Shown piece by piece: positions 12,070-21,253 of a DNA stretch of 64,000 nucleotides. The DNA is from Monocercomonoides exilis PA203 (lineage: Eukaryota; Protista; Preaxostyla). The notes beneath the pieces are model-generated. The model worked only from the letters and a program-made list of their open reading frames with translations. It ran no database searches and was not told where the DNA came from. The translations under genes were made by a program, and so were the position numbers. The DNA lies in the NCBI GenBank assembly GCA_001643675.2, contig LSRY02000067.1:124001-188000 (forward strand), written 5' to 3'. Position 1 is the first letter of the stretch. Each line of letters opens with the position of its first letter.

Positions 12070-12340
12070 TTTATTTTCTCAGAAATTCGTTTAATGTTAT
12101 AGGCGTTTCTTTCTTTTGTTTTGAGTAGCATTTGCAATGGTTCATTCTGGTTTATTTCAAATTGTACTCATGAAAAATGAAGTAAAAAAACTTCTTTCTG
12201 AATAATTAATATATTCAGAGCTGCATTCATAAGTTTTCATTGGTACACTTTGAAATAAACCAGAATGAACCATTGTTTTGAATACGCAACAGAAAAGAAA
12301 GAAGAATCTCTAATATTAAACGAATTAAGAGAAAATAAAG
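12070..12340. repeat. Imperfect fold-back (~110-bp arms), possibly an old MITE
   Basis: Perfect 27-bp core CAATGGTTCATTCTGGTTTATTTCAAA (12135-12161) versus its reverse complement (12249-12275), extended by degenerate pairing on both sides. Confidence 0.8.
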
Positions 12341-12811
12341 TTTTTGATGAACAACAATGAATTTTTACTTTTATTTTTTTCTTTTGATGATTTTCTTATA
12401 AAAACTGAGAATCTTTTCAACATTATTAATCATTCCGCTTTTCAACATTTTTTATTTTGAATCTATACCAATATAACATGTCCAGCTAGGGTTTTATAAT
12501 TTGCGGCACAATTTTAGTAATTTTGAAAAAAACTGAGATATATTCCAAACTTCTTCAACAATTATATCATAAGAAGTCTTCCATTACAATGCAAAAAAAA
12601 AAATTCGGGAAAATTTTTAAAAAGGATTTCATGGAACAAAATTCCTATAGCATTGAACTTCGTCCCGTTCGGGAATTTTGCGCCATATTTGTTTATATAA
12701 AATACATTCTTGAAATGATCTGAACGGACCATTTTAGTGGCTAATTGCAAATAAAATAAAAATCATCAATTTCCTTACGTTACAAAGAAAGATACCAACA
12801 AAATTTTGAAA

Positions 12812-14454
12812 ATGGAATCAACATCAAGTGAAAAATGGAATGAATTTATGGAAGCTGTTATTTCACAAGGAAAAGGTTTGAATAAGAAATATTTATAAAA
12901 TGTGCAAATAGTTTTTAATTTAATATTTCAAACAGATTTGTTGAAGAAAATGGAATGCAACACATGTTGCATATCCGATATCGATAAATTTGAGAAAAAT
13001 GCTTGTCGTTTAATAAACATTTCAAAGAATTTTGAATTTTATGAGAAATTTTGCGATCTATTCTTTGAATTTACAATTGAAGCGTTTGGTAAGATTCAAG
13101 AGAGCTGGTACCAAAATTCAATATGAAAATTAGCAAAAAATAAATAGGGTCTAGTGGGAATTGAACCCAGACCCTAGCACAATGGTCGGACATCAACCAA
13201 CCACTAGACCATTATCGCACCCCCAAGGGGTTCTATTTTTAATTTTTCTTTTATTGCCAACCCTAACCAAAAAAAATTTTGTAAAGAAAAACCTAAAATT
13301 TTTGGACAAAAACCTAAAAAGAAGTACTCCGCCCAAACCCTATAGCTGAATAAAACCCTAGCAAGTATTTTCGAGTGCTAACCCTAACCCTAAAACTGCA
13401 ATCAATAGAAAAAACCAAATCAAAAATAACCCTTGGAAAATAATACTGGGTCGGATCAATTGGTACCAGTACACTTTAATTATACCAAGCGTTTTCCCTT
13501 CCTATTAAAATTAGAGAGAAAGCAATAGGATCCATTAGATATCAATTATATTTGGGAAGCACGGACGTATGGTGGGATAACAATAATCGTATTTGTCCTG
13601 ATAACGAAAAACAGTACAATGAAATGAGAAAAGTGTTATTTGGTTTTACTCGGATGAAAAGGCTATCCCAATCCGCTCGTGAAGATGCTATTAGCGCTTT
13701 CTTTGCTTTTATTAAATGTTATGATTTACAGGCTAATGAACGTCGTATTTTGGTTCCTGAGTTATTGAATATTGCAGAAACAAAGGCTTTATCAAAAAAG
13801 AATTATGCAGAGGCTGGACACCTGCTATACGCATTGGCATGCGTCATTGAAGTGAGTTCTACCCCAAGTTTGCTAATTTAACAATAAAATATTATTTAAC
13901 AAAAAAATAATTTTTTTTTCAATTTTTTTTTAAAACTTCGCAATCAGAGAGACTTGCACTAATTTATCACGAGCACGTTGCGCAGCGTGTGCTCGCCTTT
14001 TTATCTCATCCTTGTGTGAATGTTGTTTCTGAAGCGATGCATGTGCTGCAGTCTTTAACTTTTCTAAATTCAAGAATCATGGAGCATTTGAACAGGGAAA
14101 CAAACATAGCTGAATTTTTAGTACAGTTTATTAACAGCAATCCATCTTTTCAGTATATCTTCAAAGACTCTGAGGAAACTCTATCTTCTTCCTCTCTTCG
14201 TCATTCTTCTTCTTCTTCTTCTTCTTCTTCAAGTTCCATGCAGCAAAAATTCCAGGCTTTGCCCACTCTTCCTTTGGAACCCAAATTTTATCCTCCTTTT
14301 TCATCTCCTTTTCCTGAAACACATCCGCACCATTGCCGCTGGCCTTCAGAAGTCATTGAATCGCCTGTTTATTTTGTGAACAATCCGCATATGTGGTATG
14401 CGCAGATTGAAACAATTTATTTTTTTTTTTTTAATATTTTTCTTTATCTTTCTC

Positions 14455-14489
<35 letters not shown>

Positions 14490-16414
14490 ACCAAAAATAA
14501 TTCTAATTCGAAAAAAAATAATTCATTTTCGTAAAAGAATAATTCAAAATCGGAATTGATATTTCAATTTCGAAAAAAAATAATTCGATTTCGGAATTAA
14601 TAATTCGATTTCGTAATTTATTAATTCGATTTCGAAAAAGAATAATTCAAATTCGAAAATGATTATTTCAATTTCGAAATTCATTGAAAACTGAAATTTT
14701 CAATTTTTCTCGAGAAGGGATTTCAGAAAAGTTCAAGTCATTTTTTAACCAATCAAATATTATTTCTCAAAGAAAACTGTTTTTTTAAAAATGAAACAAT
14801 CAATAAATCAATTTTTTGAATTTTTATTCTTCATTTTCGAAAATCATCACTGAAATGATAGAAATTTCAAAAAAATTCATTCTATTGAATAACCAAATAA
14901 AAATTTAAAAAAATTTAATCACAATTTATTGAATAACAAAAAATAAGATTTTTTTTCACAATTATATTTTTTTTTGTTTCTTTGGAGTTAAAATAGAAAA
15001 ACATCTATTTTTTATATGAATATGAATTACTTTTCTTTTTGAATAAACTCCAATCATATTTTTTCAATAAAAAGGAATGAATATTTTTATATTTGAGAAC
15101 ACATCATTTTTCAAATAAAGACAAACAAAGTGAATTGAAGAAATAAAAATAAAGAGAATTTAAAACCCAAAACACAAGTTATTCATCACATAAATCAAAA
15201 AAATATTCATTTTCGATTTTGAATTATTTTTTTTCGAATTTGAATTATGTTTGGTGTATTATTATTATTATTAATTTTTATTATTATATTATTATAAATC
15301 TTATTTTAGGTTTGACAAATCTGCTGCTGATCATTTAGTTTTCGAAACACTGCAATTGTTAGAAAGCTTTTTATACTTTGATGCTGACGATGAACTTGTG
15401 TATTTCTATGACATGGAGCATCTATCCGAAGAAGATTACATCGACAGCTTTATTTTGCCAAAAGAAGGATACCCCATCACTTCTAAAGTAAATGACCCAA
15501 TAAGAGCATTCAATTCAAGCAAAGTGAACGAGAAAAGCAACAACAATGAAAAGAATGAATTAGACAAGGAGATAAACACAGGAAATTTGGATGCTTTTAG
15601 CGAAAGTGCAGAAAAACGAGGAAGTGGCGCTGCTTGCAAAACCTTTTTCCCAGTGCTGTATCGCATCCCTGGATTTGTGTCCACGTTGACAAGACTTTTT
15701 AAGCAGAAGGTCGTAAATGACATTTATTCAGACATTCAAGGCTAGATTTTGACTCGAATTGCTGAAAAGGGGAGCGATAAAGACGTGGTGGAATGGATAG
15801 GGCAAACAGAATTGCTGAAGATATTTGTTTCGTACGCATTTAATAAGAGGGAGTTTGATGAGTATTATGAGGATATCGCTTCGATAGTGACGATAAGAGA
15901 TTTGCTGACTGAGAGAAGGAGAAACACAAAAAGAGACATTTTAGCAGAGGAAGAAGAGGAAGTTAGCACAGAGGAAGAAACAGACAGTTCTGAAACATCG
16001 AGGGATAGTGAAGAAAGCAGTGCAAATGAAGAAGAACAATTAGAGAACTCGAAATTAGATCAAGAAGACACAGAAAATGGAGCTGAAAAAGCTGAAAAAG
16101 CTGAAAATGAAACTTTCTTTCAAAAGTTTTTTGGAATGTTTAAATATATTTTTCAGGGAAAGAGTGTTAAAGACGAACAGAAAGACAAAGAGAGATTAAA
16201 GCCAGAAAGAATACAATTGAAAGCCGAAAAGGAAACAAAGAGAAAGACGAAGAGAAAGACGAAGGAGAAAAAGAAGAGAGAAAGAAAGGAGATGCAAATA
16301 AAGAGGCAGCTCTTGAATGTGTGTTCAGAATCGTTGGATATTTTTGAAGAAGAAGGATTGTTTGATTTGACGGTTATGACTGAGTACATAAATTTTAAAG
16401 ATGAAAGCGTTTAA
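12812..16414 (+). CDS. Hypothetical helical/ARM-like protein, multi-exon, with an in-frame TAG at 15743-15745
   Basis: Exons ~12812-12875, 12936-13088, 13490-~13851, ~13950-14395, 15310-16414 joined by phase-compatible GT-AG introns. Introns 2 and 4 contain insertions. Confidence 0.65.
13106..13468 (-). mobile_element. Intronic insertion bounded by TGGTACCA direct repeats, carrying a Pol III-type tRNA-like unit and telomere-like motifs
   Basis: TGGTACCA at 13106-13113 and 13461-13468. Removing the insert plus one repeat leaves a 46-nt GT-AG intron, similar in size to other introns here. Confidence 0.55.
13145..13218 (-). ncRNA. tRNA-like Pol III-type unit (not a canonical tRNA)
   Basis: On the minus strand: A box TGGTCTAGTGG (13211-13201), B box GGTTCAATTCC (13167-13157), T6 run at 13140-13135. 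Acceptor and anticodon stems do not pair. Confidence 0.55.
14489..15256. mobile_element. Non-autonomous TIR element (768 bp) with CACC...GGTG ends, inserted in a (TAT)n tract of an intron
   Basis: 37-bp TIR CACCAAAAATAATTCTAATTCGAAAAAAAATAATTCA, 35/37 identical. TA on both flanks. About 9 subterminal ~21-bp repeats (AATAATTCRATTTCG-like) at the left end. No ORF. Confidence 0.85.
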
Positions 16415-16466
16415 AAGGGAAAGGAAAGAAAGCGAAAAGAAAAATCATTTACATATTTCTCATTGT

Positions 16467-16468
<2 letters not shown>

Positions 16469-16521
<53 letters not shown>
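16469..16521. repeat. Poly-T run (~53 nt)
   Basis: Uninterrupted T homopolymer just 3' of the 12812-16414 gene. Confidence 0.9.
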
Positions 16522-16524
<3 letters not shown>

Positions 16525-17704
16525 TGTGTGTGTGTTTGCTTGGTTGTTTGTTTGTTCTTTTTTGTAGGAGGATCCCACTCGCTGGTGATTTTATTTTGTT
16601 TTTTCTGCAATAATTTCAGCGAATGCTATTTAATCGGTTTTTTATGTACAAAAATTTTTATTATTCATTATTTTATTTCAGCTTTTCTGTTTATCAATTA
16701 TTTTTGTTGAACAACAGCAAAGTCGTCAGTTTTCTCTTTTGTTCTTGTTTTTCAAATTTTTATTATGCATCAATCTTCATTTCATCAGAAAGCACAAAAC
16801 ACACACTTTGAATTTTGCATGTTATATCTTTCATTTTTTTTCCCCTCGAAAAGACAAGGAAGCAGCTTCCTGCCATTTCATTCTGCAGACAAGAAAATCG
16901 TTTCCGACACAACTCAAAACAAACAAGAAAATGAAGCAAAGATAGATAAAGAAAGAATGAAAGAGAAGCTTCTTTCAGAAACCAGAAATGATTCTTTGAA
17001 TGTGAAAAAAAAATGAATAACAATATCAACTCAGTGAAACATGATAATAGACTGTTTTATGAATAAGGAAGCAAAAGCTAAATCATTTATGAAAAAGATT
17101 GAAAAAAAGGAGAAATGACAGAATGAAAAATACACTTCAAAAGTTGGAGAAAAGCATTTTAAATGCACATTTGTTTGAAACGAAAATGAAAAAAATTCTA
17201 AAAAGAAAGAGGAGGGAAATAACTGCAAAAACAAAATAGAATAGAAAGGAAAAACGAGAACAAAAACCAAAGATGAGAAATAAAATCATTGAAAGGTTAA
17301 ACACGATAAATATTTCATTTGGACTATTCAGTTTTTATCGTCTTATTTCATTTTAAAGAAGAATTTCAAAAGAAAGAAAGAAAGAAAGAAAGATATTTTT
17401 TTTTTCTTCCTTTTACAGTTTTCTAAGTTGTGAAGCTATACAAAAAAGAAAAGAAAAGAAAAGAAAAAGATTTTGAGTTAAAAAATTCAATTTTATTATC
17501 CCAAACACTTTCAAAATACTCTGATAAATTACAAATAATACAGTTAAAATATTTTTGTTTTGAAATAACATATTCTCAAAGTTTTGAAGAATCATTAATC
17601 AATGGGGAAAAAAAAAGAAGAAAAGGAAAAAGAAAAAAAAAGAAAAAGAAAAAAGAAAAAATGATTTTAATTTGGAGTTTCAAAATAAATATCAAATCAT
17701 TAAC

Positions 17705-19111
17705 TCAGATGTACACAAAATAATCAGATAAGTTTTCAGGCAGAAATTTATAAATAAATTTATTGTCATGACTTTTATATGTTTCATGAAAGAAAATGAT
17801 GATGTCTTCATATCCTTCTTCTTCCATGGTTTCAAACACTTTTCTTTTCAACTCTTTTCTTTTCGCTTCATCACTTTCTACTTCTCTTTCGCTATCCAAT
17901 CTTTCGCAAAGGATTTCGAAAAAATCCAAATATTTCGAAGTTTGTTCATCGATCACATGCGATTGTGCAACCTCCTCTAAAACAGCATCAATTGCTCCGC
18001 CTTTCAACAAGAAATCAACTTTTATAGCTTCGTTGCCTGCTGCAGTTTTCAATCTAAAAATGCATTGACTGCTTATTTCTTTATAATTATCCCTTGATGC
18101 TCGATACACCTGAACAATGCTGCTAATAAGCCCAACATGTTCTTCATTCTGTGACTTGCAAAGGAAGAAGAAAGGCTTCAGCATTTCAAGCCATTTCATC
18201 AAAATAAGCAATTCTTTCGTTTCTTTTCCTTTTCCCTCTTCTTTTCTTTTCCAATCAATGTATTTTGAAAGTTCTTCGATTTCTCTTCTTGCTTCTCTCG
18301 CAAAATGCAGCTCATTCACAATAACTTTTTCCAACCTTCCATTGCAGTCAAATCGGTTTATCAAAAACTGCCAAGCTGATTGATACGCAAGTTGAGTGAG
18401 GTTGAAATGTTCCTGGTGATATTGAATGGCCTCTTTGATTTCATTCAAATACACTTCTCTTATCACTTCCTATATTAAAAAAAAATTTGAAAAAATTAAT
18501 AAATCAAAAATAAAAAAAGAAGAAATCAAACATAATATCCTGGAATATTGCTTAAAGCCAGCAAAGCCATTTCCACTTCTTTTTGAATTTCCTCTCTTTC
18601 TTCTTTGTTCAAAGCAACTTTAAGAAGGCAAGGCACGCAAGTTGAAAGCAATTTCTGAGAAGCCCAGGAGTTCGATAAAAGATAGCTTTCACAAAGATCA
18701 ACCAAAAGCTTTACATTCTTCTCTATTTTTTTCTCATTTTCGTCAATTATCATTTTTTGAACAAAAGAGTTCAATATAGAATGATAAAAGCTGCTGTTCA
18801 ATATTCTTTTCATTTCTTTCCAATACCCGACATGCTTCAGCAGTAAAATTGCATTGTCCATCCACAATTTCTCTTCTTTAATCATTTCATACATTTTGTT
18901 GAACAGTTCTTTTGTGAAAACTAATTCGTATTCATCCTCGTTCATTTCTTCCATCACTTCATTCATTTCTCCGATTTTCTTTCTCTGTTCATCCTCATTG
19001 CAATGCTCCAGTTCAGAAAACAGTTCTGAAAAAAAAATGCAAGTTACAAGAATCCAAGTACAATTACAATTGCACGCCATTGAACATTTTTGCGTTGTCC
19101 GTCTCCTGCAT
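17705..19111 (-). CDS. Member of an expanded uncharacterised helical-protein family (copy 1)
   Basis: Exons ~19111-19078, 19025-18532, 18469-17705. Shares EEIQxEVEMALLALSN and YLNEIKE...HQ.H.NLT.LAYQSAWQFL with the paralog at 43.7-45.1 kb. Confidence 0.75.
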
Positions 19112-19629
19112 TTTTATAAGAACAACGTATTCAGAAAGAAATGTCATTTTCATCATTCACATCAAATGGACACACGTTTCGTCAGATGAAATAGATGGAA
19201 AACAAATACTCAAAACGGTCATATAAATATGTGCGTTCACACCATCATTCTATGCATTTGTATTTTTTGGTTGGCTATCAAAAGAATAACAACGCTTTAT
19301 CAATTTGTTTTATTTGCAATGGGTTCTATGATCAAATAAAAAATTATTTGAAAAACCATTATTATCCATCTCCAAATGAAAGATATGCGAACGGGCATTG
19401 TCTGTTGAGTTTGCTTTATTATTTCATATTGAGCATGAATTGCTTGAAAGGCAGTTCCAACAACGGAATAATGAATGATGATTTTTGAGATTGGATAACC
19501 AACAAAACGTAACGATTTGAATTTGGAACGAAAAACTCTCCGTGCGTGCATTTTATAGTGCCCTATTGATTGTGAAGTTGTTTCCATCTGTAATCACTCC
19601 AAAGTTCAGGAATATTTCAAATTATTTAA

Positions 19630-20700
19630 ATGGGAAATTATTGCTTTGGGATGGGGAATGTTGAAAAGATGGGGCAATTCATTGAATTACCGATTGCAGA
19701 TGGCATGATGAAGAAATCAATGGGCGAATGGGTGAAGGGTGAATGTGTGGTGGAAGCGCCAGCCTTCTTCTCAACATTCATGCTTCATCTGTTTCTATAT
19801 GTGGCAAAAAGGAAATATAGAGCAAGTATCACTCAGAGGATGAATGTTGTCTGCTCACTCAGGGAGCGACCATTGCAGCATCTGTGTGGGCTCTTCCGAG
19901 ACTGGCTGAGGAATGAGGTGTTGGCTGTTTCTTTGAAAAACTCATTGCTGGAATGGACAGTTGCGACAGAAGCGCCTCTTTGGATGTGGCAGAAGTTGAG
20001 CATTGTGGATGAGGGCGGCTGCATGTGATGAGAACGCTAACACACACAAGAAAATAAGCGAATGTGTTTGAGAGATCATAAGGGAAATGTTTTTGAGGTG
20101 ACAGCAATATGTGTGCGTGGAAGAAAAGAGTTTTGTGGGAATAGTGGGAATTATTGGATGAATGGAAAGATATGAGCCGAGAGAATTCGAAAACACCATT
20201 GCCGTTTGCATTGACTGCTTTCTCGAAAGCGCGATGAAGGCTTCGCCATTCGGACGCTTGTTGATCATTACACACTCAGCTGGCTGTGACATGCAGACAA
20301 CGAGCCAATCAGCAGTAGCGAACAGACCATACATCTCCCACTGCTCGCAGTTGAATGTCTTCAGCCTTTGGAGCATGAAGGCATTCGCACACTGTTTGTT
20401 CCTTCCACAGTCGCATTCATGCCTTTGCGAATGCCCACCATCAACACACATCCTGATGCAGATCAAGTGCTTCAGCGAGACAAGCTAACAGCTATGTTCT
20501 TTCATGCTCTTCACAGTACCAGCCTTCGAAAATGGACAGCTGAATAGAAAATGCGGTTCAATCAGCTGCTTGTTTTTGTGCGCCAGGAAAAGAAAAATAT
20601 GTTTCATTCACTCTTTTTCTTGCCTGAACGACCATTGACCGCACCTTGCTGAATTCTTTGTTCTTGATCCTGGTGATGAAATTCCATTCCCATGACTTGA
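19630..20700 (+). pseudogene. Decayed coding-like region divergent from family copy 1
   Basis: GC-richer stretch with broken ORFs in several frames. The AVCIDC motif (~20200) recurs on the minus strand at ~43300. Confidence 0.4.
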
Positions 20701-21253
20701 CTTCTTTTCATTTAAATTGTTTTCTTCTTTAACGCATTCTTCAATGGGGAGAATGAAGTTTTGTCATTTTTTTCCCAATCAAATCCATCAGATCCAATGG
20801 CGGGACTTATCTCCTTTTAAAGATTTTGATTTCCAAAACGAATATTTTTTGTTTGGAAATATTTCTTATTTTTTGAATGACTTTTTGTGTTTATTGATTT
20901 TCTGATGAATTGAAAAGATTGCTTGTCATTCATAATCATCAATAACCAGCTTTGTTGCAAAAATTGAAAATATTTATCAACAACGAAATGGCAAAAAAAA
21001 AAAAAAAAAAGCGATAAAACATTGAAACTTGTGAAATGATATAATATAAAAAAGAGTTGCATGAAACAAAGCATTCAATAATAATAATTTTATATGATTT
21101 TTTCTTCAGCGAATAAATTTGCTATTTATTAAAAAATAAATAAAAAACAATCATACAACATTCTAATAAATACACATTAACACACTTCTTCTTCTTCTTC
21201 TTCTCTCTTTTGTCTTTTTGATATCTTCACCAAAAAACAGCATCAGACTCGCA

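Noticed and set aside
13145-13218. Canonical tRNA gene
   Set aside because: Acceptor (GCGATAA vs TAGACCC) and anticodon stems do not pair; no anticodon assignable.
14497-14680. CRISPR-like array
   Set aside because: Units are contiguous degenerate ~21-mers without unique spacers, lie inside a TIR element, and there are no cas genes; eukaryotic context.
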